A stretch of DNA of 64,000 nucleotides from Bacteroidota bacterium (GCA_037131555.1 JBAXQU010000006.1:753-64752), one strand, 5' to 3'. Numbered from the stretch's first letter, positions 1-10,339 are shown. Numbers and translations: made by a program. Notes: generated from the sequence alone by a model not told the origin.

Positions 1-2485
1 TAACAAAACCGGTGGTATATGCTCCTGAATAAGCTACAGAAATAGAAGTAGTACCTTGCCCCGATAAAATAGTAGCACCTACAGCAGGCACTGTCCAGTT
101 GTAAGAAACAGCACCAGCAATAGCTACTATTGAATAAGTAATATTGGTTCCAGCCGCAATAGCAGCACAAGGGTTTGTTACACCAGTTATAGCAACAGGC
201 ATTGCAGGTATCTTGCCGTACACCGCCATCGAAACACCAGTAGCAATGCCACATGCATTCGTTGAGTTGACAGAAATGTTACCAGCAATATAATTAACAG
301 CCACATTTACATTAATAGCACTTGTTGATCCACCACTACTCAAGGTAAGTCCTGGAGGAAGAGACCATACATATGAGGTAGCACCCAAAGAAGTTGTTGT
401 ATAATGTGCCGTGGTAGCTCCGCACAACGATACAGGTCCTGTAATAGAAATAGGGCCAACAGGTCGACTCGCAACACTCTTACTGACAATGGCACTACTT
501 GCACAATTGCTTATGGCCTGAACAGTAATATTACCTAATATTGAACTAGAAGAAATGCTCACCGTAATAGCACTCGTTCCTTGACCTGCAGTAATATTAA
601 CACCACTCGGAACGGTCCATAAATAAGAATTAGCATTTACAACCGGAGCTATGGAGTAAGAGGTAGAAACAACACCACAAAGCACTGTAAGCCCCGAAAC
701 ACTTCCAACCAAAACAGGTAGAGAGGAAGTCAAATTCAAGCTTGCGCTAGCTACACTTGTGCCACAGCTATTGGTAGAATTCACAGTTAAGTCACCAGTT
801 GAAAATTCAACTTCAGGTATCACTGTCAATGCGCTTGTACCTTGCCCCGAAACATACGTAAGGCCTGTTGGTAGGGTCCATTGATATCCTGTTGCACCCG
901 CAACGTTTGAGCAAGTGAACGAAACTTCAGTTCCTGCCACCGCACATAATTCAGAAAGTCCATTTATTGTGGATGGAGCTAATGGAGGGTTCAATTGAAC
1001 ATGAATATAACTACTCACAATAAGGGAATCGCTTCCATTGCTGTTTGTTGCTTTTAACTTAATCGTTTTATTTCCTGTTGAAGAATAAGTAACTGTATAT
1101 GGCCCGAAACCATTGGCAGTAGCAGGCGTTGCTCCACTACCAAAATTCCAGACGTAACTATTCCCGTTTATCGAATTATTAGTAAATGTTGTGCTTCCAT
1201 CTGTTTTACAAAGAATAGTTAATGATGAAGCTGAGAAATCAGGAATAGGAAGGTTGGTAATATCAAAATCCAATTCGTTACTAGTTCCTCCACCTGGAGC
1301 CGAATTAGCAAGAGATACCTGATGAACTCCCAATGTAGGTGTTCCCGAAATAGTAATATTAGCAGTACACAACACATCCGAGTTCACCACAAAAGAATTC
1401 ACTGTAACGTCCGAATCGAAACTTACACTCGTGTGACCATCAATAAATCCTTCACCATTAAATTCGATATCTGTTGTTTGATTCACAGCAAATACACTAG
1501 GAGTAATAGAATACAAAATAGGGGCAGGAATAAGAGAACCAATTTGAAAATCACCGAAACTAGTGAGTGAAGAAGCTACATGAGAATTGACAGCATTACC
1601 CACATTTGGTATTTCAATCCACCCACCTGAAGTATACATTTTGATGGTAGCATACGAATCTAGAAAATCAGGATCTTTCTCGGAAACATCAAATGAAAAC
1701 AATGCAGTGTATTCATTAAAAACAACACCACTATTTATTAACGACCACGTTCTATTCACGGTTGCAGTTGCATCGAAGCCTGAAGTAGCTAATTCTAAAT
1801 GGTCACCAAGGCTAGTGGATGCAGTTACATAACCACTCGTGTTTACATTATCAAAATATAAATCGATAGGGTCAGACATACTACCATTTCCAATCGGGAA
1901 ATTAACCGAAACACCATATCCTTCAGATATAAATCCCTTTAGATTTCCATCCACAAAACCTCCAATTGGAAGAATGAAAGCATTTTCTTCCAATTGAACA
2001 AAGTTTGCTCCTGTAAGAATATTACCGTTTTCTAATTCAAAATAGCTTTTGATTAAGATATTACTATTCAAATAAAGCCCAGCAAGATTGTTAAGATAAA
2101 TATTATCAAAATCAACTTGCCCTGAAATACTTTGAGAACTATCCCCAAGAAATTTCACTGTACCTCCCCCCGATAGGAATGTTCCATCGTTTTGAATGTT
2201 TCCGAACACTTGAAGTTCTCCTAGTGGGCCCATACTGAATGTTGCGCCATTATCAACCACCAAGTTTTTACATGTTGCGCCCAACGAGTCGATAAGAGGA
2301 ACATTCGGTGCTCCCGAAGTTATCTCAACATCTGTTGCACCGTCAGGAACTGCACCCGACCAATTGCCAGGGTCGTTCCAACTTGAACTAAAGGTACCTA
2401 CCCATTGCACTTGGGCATAAATTTCTCTGCTTATTAATTGTAGCAAACAGAAGAGCACTACTAATTTGATTTTTTTTGATTTCAT
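1..2485 (-). CDS. Secreted multidomain surface protein, N-terminal 828 codons only: signal peptide, PKD domain, then at least 4 tandem ~85-aa PKD-like modules. The C-terminus lies beyond the window start.
   Basis: Absent from the ORF track because it has no stop in the window. The reverse complement from the ATG at 2485-2483 reads MKSKKIKLVVLFCLLQLISREIYAQ (signal peptide) and stays open to base 2. The modules repeat the pattern C..YS/T....A..Y.W..P.G....GQGT..I.V. Confidence 0.75.
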   Translation of the reverse strand, partial: MKSKKIKLVVLFCLLQLISREIYAQVQWVGTFSSSWNDPGNWSGAVPDGATDVEITSGAPNVPLIDSLGATCKNLVVDNGATFSMGPLGELQVFGNIQNDGTFLSGGGTVKFLGDSSQSISGQVDFDNIYLNNLAGLYLNSNILIKSYFELENGNILTGANFVQLEENAFILPIGGFVDGNLKGFISEGYGVSVNFPIGNGSMSDPIDLYFDNVNTSGYVTASTSLGDHLELATSGFDATATVNRTWSLINSGVVFNEYTALFSFDVSEKDPDFLDSYATIKMYTSGGWIEIPNVGNAVNSHVASSLTSFGDFQIGSLIPAPILYSITPSVFAVNQTTDIEFNGEGFIDGHTSVSFDSDVTVNSFVVNSDVLCTANITISGTPTLGVHQVSLANSAPGGGTSNELDFDITNLPIPDFSASSLTILCKTDGSTTFTNNSINGNSYVWNFGSGATPATANGFGPYTVTYSSTGNKTIKLKATNSNGSDSLIVSSYIHVQLNPPLAPSTINGLSELCAVAGTEVSFTCSNVAGATGYQWTLPTGLTYVSGQGTSALTVIPEVEFSTGDLTVNSTNSCGTSVASASLNLTSSLPVLVGSVSGLTVLCGVVSTSYSIAPVVNANSYLWTVPSGVNITAGQGTSAITVSISSSSILGNITVQAISNCASSAIVSKSVASRPVGPISITGPVSLCGATTAHYTTTSLGATSYVWSLPPGLTLSSGGSTSAINVNVAVNYIAGNISVNSTNACGIATGVSMAVYGKIPAMPVAITGVTNPCAAIAAGTNITYSIVAIAGAVSYNWTVPAVGATILSGQGTTSISVAYSGAYTTGFV

Positions 2486-2544
2486 TTTTTGTTTTTTTTA
2501 GGTTAACACTATTACTTATTTATTTTCACTTTCACTTATTTACA

Positions 2545-4161
2545 TTACAATTTTACTCCAACGATACAGATATCATCCACTTGTTCGTTGTCTAACTTCC
2601 ATTTATAGAAGGCTTCGATAATATGTTCTCCTTGTCTATTGATAGATTCGGATTTGCTATTAACAATCACTTCCTTTAATAGCTTTTTATTGGCCTTTTT
2701 CCCTTTCGGGCCACCAAACTGAGATTGATATCCATCCGAATACAGATAAATGCTATCGCCATCATTGTATATTATTTCTTCTTGTTCAAAGCATTCCTTG
2801 TTCTCATTCAGAAACGGAGAACCGATTGCTCGATGAGTTCCCGAAATTTCTTTCAATTCATCGTTGCTCAAATGCAGTAGAGGTCTATTTGCTCCAGAGA
2901 AAGATATCGTCCTCTTTGTTTCGTTGATTACACAAAGAGCGATGTCCATTCCATCACTAATATTGTATTCATCTATATTTGAATTACTGAAAACTTTCAG
3001 AATCTCCTTATCAAGGAACTCTAATATCTCTGATGAATTAATAAGAGAAAATTCATCAACGGCCTTATCTAAAAGTCTGTTTGCAATAATCGAAATGAAT
3101 GCTCCTGGGACACCATGTCCAGTGCAGTCAACCACTGCAACATACTTTAAATCGCCTTTTTGAGCGAACCAATAGAAGTCGCCACTTACGATATCTCTTG
3201 GCAATTCGAAAACAAATGATTCTTTGAAAAAATGTAATAAGTCTTTTTTCTTTGGTAGTACCGTCTTTTGAATTCTTAAAGCGTAATTTATGCTATCCCT
3301 AACTTCTTTGTTTTTTTGCTCTATTTCTACGTATGATTTAAGTAACTCCCCTGTCCTCTCTCTCACCAATGATTCAAGGTTTTTATTTAGGTTAATTATT
3401 TCCATCTCATGAGCCTTTCTCTCAATAATATCAATAGCTAGTATTGAGAAATCAGTAGAATCGCCCGAAGTTTGCTTCACGATAGAAGCAATCACGGGGA
3501 TTTCAGCACCATTCCTTTTTATAAAATTCAGTTCTCCTTCCCAAAAACCAATTTGATTGAGAGTAGGGAAAATAAATGATTCAAAATTGGAATACGTTTT
3601 TGATGAAAACAAATCTGATATCACATGATGATCTATGTCCAACCCATTTAACTGTAATGTTGTTATTGCAAATTTGTTCAGATAATTTACTTTTTCATTC
3701 ATATCGAAAGTCAGAACTATCTCCTTCGAAAATTCGATAATTCTTGAAAGTCGTTCCGATTGCTCTTGAAACTTCAACTTCATTTTTCTGTTATCAAATT
3801 CTTGTATTTCTCTTTTTATTGCTTCTGGTAATCTGATTAGGCTATTCTTCATCACATAGTCATTGGCTCCATTCTTTAAAATCGAAACAGCAGCCTCCTC
3901 TCCAATTGTTCCAGAAACCAAAATAAAAGGAATCTCCCTTTTCATTTCCTTGAGCAGCATCAAGGCTTCCAATCCCCCGAAACCGGGTATGTTATAGTCA
4001 GAAATGACCACATCCCATGTTTCATTTTCTAGTGCTTCTTTCATCATTTCATGAGAATCAACTTGAGTGGAATCAACATGAAACCCTGCTTTTTCGAGGT
4101 TTCTTAATATTAAGAAAACATCGGCACCATTATCCTCAACAATTAGCAATTTGAGATTCAT
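2545..4161 (-). CDS. Response regulator with receiver, PAS-like and PP2C/SpoIIE-type serine phosphatase output domains (RsbU-like)
   Basis: N-terminus LLIVEDNGADVFL...DVVISDYNIPGFGG...LVSG is a receiver domain. C-terminus SGDFYWF...VDCTGHGVPGAF...DGMD...YLYSDGY...DDICIVGVKL carries the PP2C/SpoIIE motifs. Confidence 0.85.
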   Translation of the reverse strand: MNLKLLIVEDNGADVFLILRNLEKAGFHVDSTQVDSHEMMKEALENETWDVVISDYNIPGFGGLEALMLLKEMKREIPFILVSGTIGEEAAVSILKNGANDYVMKNSLIRLPEAIKREIQEFDNRKMKLKFQEQSERLSRIIEFSKEIVLTFDMNEKVNYLNKFAITTLQLNGLDIDHHVISDLFSSKTYSNFESFIFPTLNQIGFWEGELNFIKRNGAEIPVIASIVKQTSGDSTDFSILAIDIIERKAHEMEIINLNKNLESLVRERTGELLKSYVEIEQKNKEVRDSINYALRIQKTVLPKKKDLLHFFKESFVFELPRDIVSGDFYWFAQKGDLKYVAVVDCTGHGVPGAFISIIANRLLDKAVDEFSLINSSEILEFLDKEILKVFSNSNIDEYNISDGMDIALCVINETKRTISFSGANRPLLHLSNDELKEISGTHRAIGSPFLNENKECFEQEEIIYNDGDSIYLYSDGYQSQFGGPKGKKANKKLLKEVIVNSKSESINRQGEHIIEAFYKWKLDNEQVDDICIVGVKL

Positions 4162-4242
4162 GATAATAATCGATTTGGTGATTCATTAAGTAGTAACCAA
4201 TAAAATCCTATTTGTCTCATCGCTTGTAAAAACTCATTTAAA

Positions 4243-4503
4243 TCAACAGGTATATTTAAACTTAATAGAATTTATTACAAACGAGTTACTGCTTAACTCT
4301 TCTCCGACTATTTCGCCTGCAGTGAAGCATACAATCATGGGGATTTTTCCTGATTTCTCACGTATTATAGTTGAAATTTCGGTATCGGCAATAAACTTCT
4401 TATCAGAAAAAACAATCACAAAACTTGCCTCTATAGTAGCAAGTTTTCCAAAATACTGAGGTATTTCAATCTTGTTATTTGAGCTAAATTGGGTTGTAAT
4501 CAT
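4243..4503 (-). pseudogene. Short FIST_N-like fragment, probably a remnant of a longer sensory-domain gene
   Basis: The 86-aa ORF contains IPMIVCFTAGEIVG, which resembles the FIST hallmark G-C-x-T-A-G-E-I. Only about 0.5 kb is available between the flanking genes. Other frames up- and downstream carry short open stretches, one ending in an ATGA overlap with the 4161 start. Confidence 0.3.
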
Positions 4504-4655
4504 AACCCAAAATTATCTTTTCGGATTTACAGTTGGCTATTTTTTCGTTGATAAAATCAAATGACAAGCCGAACTTCTTTTTCGGTGCGGTGAACGTCTT
4601 TAAGCCATTTTCAACTAGTGGATAATTTATGAATTCAACTATCAACTATGAGGGT

Positions 4656-5006
4656 TTAACGGAAATGGCGTTCTAAAAAATCTACTATTTCTCCACTTTG
4701 GTATGGTTTTGAAAATGATTTAATAAAGGTCGAATTATTTTCGTTTGTAGTCTCAAGATTACGTTTTGTTCCCAAATATATTATTGACGGTTGTGAGGTT
4801 TTCAAGTGTGTAGTAATTAAAGCTAATAGCTTTCCATTGAGAATGGTATTGTCAGAAATAATTACATCAGGTGGCGCATTAAGCATGGAACTTTTTGCAG
4901 CAAACAGTGTTTTAGGCTGATCAACTTCATAGCCTTTCCTCTCGAGACTACGCTTCAAATCATACCCCGCAATTCTTTCTTTTTCAATAATAAGTATTCT
5001 TCGCAT
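4656..5006 (-). CDS. Single-domain CheY-like receiver protein with a degenerate acidic pocket
   Basis: RILIIEKE...DVIISD...IIYLGT...FSKPY follows the receiver layout (phospho-acceptor D, T, K-P), but the N-terminal DD pair is replaced by EKE. Confidence 0.6.
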   Translation of the reverse strand: MRRILIIEKERIAGYDLKRSLERKGYEVDQPKTLFAAKSSMLNAPPDVIISDNTILNGKLLALITTHLKTSQPSIIYLGTKRNLETTNENNSTFIKSFSKPYQSGEIVDFLERHFR

Positions 5007-5038
5007 TCCTAAATTATTGCTTTATTTTATACCGTTCA

Positions 5039-5428
5039 TTAATTAGCGTCAACGAAATTATGAATTGGACGCTCGAAGAACTCTGAATTAGTATAATTAT
5101 TCTCGAAGCAATCTTTTGTAATAAGTACTTCTCTTAATGAAGAATTCTTCGAAACTAATTTCTCAAAAGATGATTGAGATACAACAAAAATTAATTTTGA
5201 TTTTGGACTGCATTCCTTACAATAGTCGTATAAATCAAGTAGAGAAGACTTCAAATCTCTTTCATCAATAATATAAATATTGATTTTATGATTATTCACA
5301 TATTCTTGCAATGAATCATTAAAATCAGGAAAAGAGGTGAAATATTTTGATTTAAATTTAAATTTCAACTTTGCTTTTAGGTCTTTGTCACTCGAAATAA
5401 TAGATATTGTTTTCTTCCTCATGCTCAC
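5039..5428 (-). CDS. Hypothetical protein, possibly a pseudo-receiver
   Basis: ISIISSDKD...IYIIDE...LIFVVSQ...LITKD loosely follows receiver beta-strand spacing. No confident family match by eye. Confidence 0.4.
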   Translation of the reverse strand: MSMRKKTISIISSDKDLKAKLKFKFKSKYFTSFPDFNDSLQEYVNNHKINIYIIDERDLKSSLLDLYDYCKECSPKSKLIFVVSQSSFEKLVSKNSSLREVLITKDCFENNYTNSEFFERPIHNFVDAN

Positions 5429-5822
5429 TCCTTATTTTTTGTTTTAATATTTTTGAATTGACTTGAAAATATTAAACAAATCTAAAAGGATGATTACAAC
5501 GGAGTTCAAATATTCGTTAAAAGAAAATATGCTGTCGCTGTAGTTATCTAAATGTTGGGTAAAAAAACAACTACTATTCGACTAAAAACAAAATCAGGTA
5601 GAAAATGGAAGGCTATTTAGAGTTTTAATGTCTAATTTCTACCCTTTAAATCATCAAGATTAATCATTATTTAAAATTTAGGAGACTCAATCCCTAAATT
5701 ATATTATACAATGTCAGTTTTCTGGAGATGTTACTATAAAAACACAAGCCAATTGTTGGTAAAGATAACGGCAAACTGAAGAAATCAGCTCAAATAGAAA
5801 ATGAATCCGTTTGTTAAAGCAA

Positions 5823-6521
5823 TTATATAAGATTGATGAAACTATAAAACTCTTCTTTGTACTTTTTTCCTATTGGAATCATTTCATTGTTACATTTAAT
5901 AACATGATCTTCGATACTTTTAATTTTGTTAATGTTAACTAGATATGACCGATGAACTCTAACCAAACTTTTCCAATTAATGTTTTTTTCAATTTCATTC
6001 ATTGTAATATGCAGTACTATTTTTTCCTCACCGCCTAAATGGATCGTTACATAATCACCTAACGCTTTAATGAAATAAATGTCATCCTTTTTATATTTTA
6101 CGACACTTTGTTCATTCTTTAGAAAAATGAATTCGCTTTTTCCCTCAATAAATTTAGAAGGTTCCACCTGACGTTTTTTAAATCTTTCTACACCTGCTAC
6201 CAATCGAGAGAAAGAGACTGGTTTTTGTAAATAATCTAATACATCCAATTCAAAACCTTTTACTGCATACTTTTCGTGAGCGGAGACAAGAATAAATGAT
6301 AGAGATTCGTTTTTTGTCAGCTGAACGAATTCAATTCCATTAATATTTGGCATTTCTATATCAAGAAATACTAAATCAATATTATTTTCTTTTACATAAG
6401 AAATTGCATCGATAGGATTTGTGAACACCTTTTCCAATGAAACCCCTTCTATCTTTGATAGGTATCCTGATAATAATTCACAAGTAATTACATCATCATC
6501 TATAACAATAGCTTTTATCAT
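5823..6521 (-). CDS. LytR/AlgR-family response regulator (receiver + LytTR DNA-binding domain)
   Basis: MIKAIVIDDD...DLVFLDIEMPNINGIEF...SAHEKYAVKGFELDVLDYLQKP is the receiver domain. The C-terminal part has ...VRVHRSYLVNINKI, the LytTR signature. Confidence 0.9.
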   Translation of the reverse strand: MIKAIVIDDDVITCELLSGYLSKIEGVSLEKVFTNPIDAISYVKENNIDLVFLDIEMPNINGIEFVQLTKNESLSFILVSAHEKYAVKGFELDVLDYLQKPVSFSRLVAGVERFKKRQVEPSKFIEGKSEFIFLKNEQSVVKYKKDDIYFIKALGDYVTIHLGGEEKIVLHITMNEIEKNINWKSLVRVHRSYLVNINKIKSIEDHVIKCNNEMIPIGKKYKEEFYSFINLI

Positions 6522-6587
6522 AAATTTTTTGTTTGCAAATGTACAAATTTTCTTACTATTGTGCTCTCAAAAAAAATCCCACACATA

Positions 6588-7130
6588 ATGTACGGAATCG
6601 TTAACAAAGCAATCCAAGAATTAATCGAGACTCAGTATGGCATAAATACATGGGAAAAAGTAAGAAACAATGCTCGAATAGAAGATGAGATATTTCTTAG
6701 TAACCAAGTTTATGACGACACTGTAACATTCTCTCTGGCAACATCGGCAGCCATGGTTCTTTCTATTAGTTTAGAAAGTTTCTTGATAGCACTTGGCGAG
6801 TATTGGATATTAGAAACGGGGCAACGACACTATAACCATTACATGATCGCTGGCGGAGCTAACCTGAAAGATTTCCTAATTAATTTACCTCATTTTCATA
6901 CTCGAATCAAGTTAATCTACAATGAACTTCGCCCACCTGAATTTGAAATTTCCGACATCAAAGAAAACTCATTAAGAATTCATTATTTTTCTACAAGAAC
7001 AGGACTCACTCAATTTGTTGTTGGTTTATTATATGGAGTTGGTAAAATGTTTAATCAAGAAATTAAAGTTATTGTTGAGTCTGTCGAGCAAGATGGAAAT
7101 ATACATGACGTGTTTCTTATAAATTGGTAG
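6588..7130 (+). CDS. H-NOX (heme nitric oxide/oxygen binding) sensor protein
   Basis: MYGIVNKAIQELI is the typical H-NOX N-terminus. NLPHFHTRIKLIYNELRPPEF aligns with the proximal-His region of sGC beta1. The Y-x-S-x-R heme-propionate motif is present as YFSTR. I prefer the ATG at 6588 over the GTG at 6561 used in the track. Confidence 0.9.
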   Translation: MYGIVNKAIQELIETQYGINTWEKVRNNARIEDEIFLSNQVYDDTVTFSLATSAAMVLSISLESFLIALGEYWILETGQRHYNHYMIAGGANLKDFLINLPHFHTRIKLIYNELRPPEFEISDIKENSLRIHYFSTRTGLTQFVVGLLYGVGKMFNQEIKVIVESVEQDGNIHDVFLINW

Positions 7131-7137
7131 AGGAGTC

Positions 7138-10100
7138 ATGTCAAATGAAATTAAAGTGCTTTTTTCTAAGCTATTTCCTTTCTATTTTTCGATAAACGAA
7201 GACTGGAAAATCACATCAGCAGGTCCATCATTAACAAAACACTTTCCCTCAATTCTTGGAAATAACTTCAAGCAAGAATATTCTCCGTTGAGTTTAATTC
7301 GTTTTACTGATAGTGTTGAACAATCAAACTTAGAAAACAAGCTTGTAGTATTGAAAAAACAAAATTCTAATTTTGTGTTTAGAGGGCAGTTTATTCGAAT
7401 GAATGCTTCTCTATTCTTTTGTGGTTCCCCTTGGATTTATGAGATGTCTGATTTAACGAATAATAATATTTCCTTGTCTGACTTTTCCTTATCAGACAAC
7501 ACAGTCGATTTACTTCAGCTGATTCAATTGCAAGAAAGAGCGACAAAAGAAATAAAAGATTTGTACAATCTCTATATTCAAAAAAATAGAGATTTGGAAG
7601 TTTCGCAAACAAGATTGAAAAAGCTGATAAGGGCAACTAATGACTTAATTTTCGAAATCAAAGAAGATTTAACTTTTTCAGATGTATGGGTTCAATCCGA
7701 AAAGAATTTGTCTATTCCCAAAGAAGATTTCATTGGGAAACATGTTTCGTATATGTTTCCCAATGAATTAGGACAAACTATTATTAGGTCATTAACTGAA
7801 GTATTTCGTACAAAGGAAGCATTAGAAATTGAGTACAAAATTCCTTCACCAGACACTGACGAATGGCACACTGCTAAAATAAACTATTTCAACATTAATG
7901 AAGAAATATCAGTTACCGTTACCGTAAGCAATATAACAGAAAAAAAGAGACATCAATTAAAGCTAGAAACATCAAATGCTCGTTTATCGACATTAATTAG
8001 CAATCTTACTCAAGGTGTATTACTTGAAAATTCAACACGCGAAATTGTTTTAATCAACAAGAAATTCTGTGAAATATTTTCAATTGATCTTGATCCCGAA
8101 TCTTTAGTTGGAGCCGATTGTTCGAATAGCGCGAAACAATCTGCTTTCCTTTTCAAAAACCCAGAGGAGTTTATTTCTAGAATTTCTGAAATAATTCAAA
8201 AAAGGGAGATGGTTTCTGGAGAAGTAATAGAAATGTCATCGGGAAAAATCTTAGAACGAGATTTTATACCTGTTTTTAGCAACAGTTTATATTTAGGTCA
8301 CCTTTGGAAATATGCGGATATTACAGCCAGAGCTAAAGCACAAGAATTGCTTAAAATAACCAAAGAAAAGTACGAGAACATAATAGAAAATATGGGGCTA
8401 GGATTTCTTGAAGTAGATATAAATGACGTTATTGTTGGAACCAACAAACGAATGCTTGAAATTCTGGATTACAAGGATGAAAATGACCTTCTCAACAAAG
8501 TTGCTTCGGAGATACTAATATCAAGGAAAGACAAAAATATAGTTGAAAAGGAGATTGAAAAAAGGAAGAAAGGAAAGTCTAACCTGTATGAAATCTCTAT
8601 GAAGAAAAGAGATGGAACATTCGTCCCAAATTTAATTAGTGGAGCTCCATTGTTTGATACAGAAAAAAATATTATAGGATCGATTGGAATTCACCTAGAC
8701 ATTAGTAAACAAAAGGCGGCTGAAAAAGAACTGAAAGAACAAACTGAACTCGCATTGAAATCAGTAGAAGCTAAACAAGCTTTTCTTTCAAATATGAGTC
8801 ATGAAATAAGAACACCTTTAAATGCAATTACCAGCTCGGCCGCTTTGTTAGAGAAACAACACAGAACCAAGGAAGAAATTGATTACTTATCAATAATTCA
8901 AGACGCCTCTAAATCATTGTCTTTAATTGTAAATGACATCCTTGATTTAGCTAAGATTGAGGATGATAAAATTGAATTAGAAAAAAGGGAATTCAATATA
9001 TTTAGAATTATGAATTCCATATATTCCCAGCACAGACTAATCGCCAATAATAAAAACATATCCCTTACCCTGAATATTGACTCTAAAATACCAACCAATT
9101 TAGCAGGAGACTCTTTTAGGATTTCTCAGATTATCAATAACCTTGTTAGTAATGGAATAAAATTCACAGAAAATGGTGGTGTGATTATCAATGTCGGCAT
9201 CTCAAAATTGAAGGCTAAGAAAATTATGATTTCTTTTGAAGTTGAGGACACTGGAATCGGTATTACAAAAAAGTATCTTAAAGACTTATTTCAACCTTTC
9301 TCTCAAGAAGATTCTTCGGTAATTCGTAAATATGGCGGAACAGGTTTAGGGCTGAGTATTTCAAAAAAACTAATTGAGTTGCTTGGTGGGAAGTTATTTG
9401 TTGAAAGCAAAAAGAATATTGGAAGTAAATTCCATTTTATTATTCCTCTTTCTGTGTCTCAAGTTAACGAGACAGTTTCATTAATTAATAAGCCAATAGA
9501 CAAAGCAAAACTAAAGTCCTCGACAATATTATTAGTAGACGACAATCTAGTCAACCAAATTCTAACAAAAGAAATTCTCAAAAAAGAAGTTGGTGAGGTA
9601 ATTTGTTTCGACCGTGCGAAAAAAGCGATTGAATATTTGAAGAGTAATTCACATAAAGTGGATTTAATTCTAATGGATTTACAAATGCCTGAAATGGATG
9701 GTATAAAAGCAACAAAAGTAATTAGAAAAGAGATATCGATCAACATCCCAATTATTGGATTTTCAGCAAATGCATTTACTACCCATGTTCGAAAAGCAAC
9801 ATCAGCGGGTATGAATGATTATGTAACAAAACCTTTTGAAATTGATTCGTTGCTTGAAAAGATATCTCTTCACCTTTCTCTCTCTCATTTGCCCAAATAT
9901 TACAATAGAATGTCTCTATTAAAGCAGGTTGGAGGTGATCATTCGATTGAAAAAAGAGTTTGTTCATCTTTTGTTCAGATTATAGAATCAAAGTGGGAGA
10001 TTCTTATCAATAGTCACATTGATAACAATCATAAAACTTTTCGCTCTACGTTGCATGAACTGACACCAAGCATCAAAATGTTTTTAACTCCAACGCATGT

Positions 10101-10227
10101 TGACTACTTTAATTCAATTGTACAAAAATCAAAAGTAAATTTACTTGAAATCAACAACATTGAATTAAATTCGTTTTTAAATGTCATTTCTAAAACAATA
10201 GAGCAAATAAAGAAGTGCATTGATTAG
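7138..10227 (+). CDS. Hybrid sensor histidine kinase: HNOBA-like N-terminus, PAS domains, HisKA, HATPase_c, receiver, HPt
   Basis: The start is 7 nt after the H-NOX stop. LFPFYFSINEDWKITSAGPSL...FVFRGQF...FFCGSPW resembles HNOBA. The H-box is SNMSHEIRTPLNAI and the G-boxes include GGTGLGLSISKKL. The receiver is ILLVDDN...LILMDLQMPEMDG...KPF. The C-terminal LHELTPSIKMF is HPt-like. Confidence 0.9.
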   Translation: MSNEIKVLFSKLFPFYFSINEDWKITSAGPSLTKHFPSILGNNFKQEYSPLSLIRFTDSVEQSNLENKLVVLKKQNSNFVFRGQFIRMNASLFFCGSPWIYEMSDLTNNNISLSDFSLSDNTVDLLQLIQLQERATKEIKDLYNLYIQKNRDLEVSQTRLKKLIRATNDLIFEIKEDLTFSDVWVQSEKNLSIPKEDFIGKHVSYMFPNELGQTIIRSLTEVFRTKEALEIEYKIPSPDTDEWHTAKINYFNINEEISVTVTVSNITEKKRHQLKLETSNARLSTLISNLTQGVLLENSTREIVLINKKFCEIFSIDLDPESLVGADCSNSAKQSAFLFKNPEEFISRISEIIQKREMVSGEVIEMSSGKILERDFIPVFSNSLYLGHLWKYADITARAKAQELLKITKEKYENIIENMGLGFLEVDINDVIVGTNKRMLEILDYKDENDLLNKVASEILISRKDKNIVEKEIEKRKKGKSNLYEISMKKRDGTFVPNLISGAPLFDTEKNIIGSIGIHLDISKQKAAEKELKEQTELALKSVEAKQAFLSNMSHEIRTPLNAITSSAALLEKQHRTKEEIDYLSIIQDASKSLSLIVNDILDLAKIEDDKIELEKREFNIFRIMNSIYSQHRLIANNKNISLTLNIDSKIPTNLAGDSFRISQIINNLVSNGIKFTENGGVIINVGISKLKAKKIMISFEVEDTGIGITKKYLKDLFQPFSQEDSSVIRKYGGTGLGLSISKKLIELLGGKLFVESKKNIGSKFHFIIPLSVSQVNETVSLINKPIDKAKLKSSTILLVDDNLVNQILTKEILKKEVGEVICFDRAKKAIEYLKSNSHKVDLILMDLQMPEMDGIKATKVIRKEISINIPIIGFSANAFTTHVRKATSAGMNDYVTKPFEIDSLLEKISLHLSLSHLPKYYNRMSLLKQVGGDHSIEKRVCSSFVQIIESKWEILINSHIDNNHKTFRSTLHELTPSIKMFLTPTHVDYFNSIVQKSKVNLLEINNIELNSFLNVISKTIEQIKKCID

Positions 10228-10339
10228 AATTTCAATACATTTTGCTTTATTGTTACATTACCACTTATAAATGTTATATTTTTATACGAAAGTAAAACTG
10301 AGCAGTAGTTCTGGTTTTTCTACACAAAAATCCATTTCA

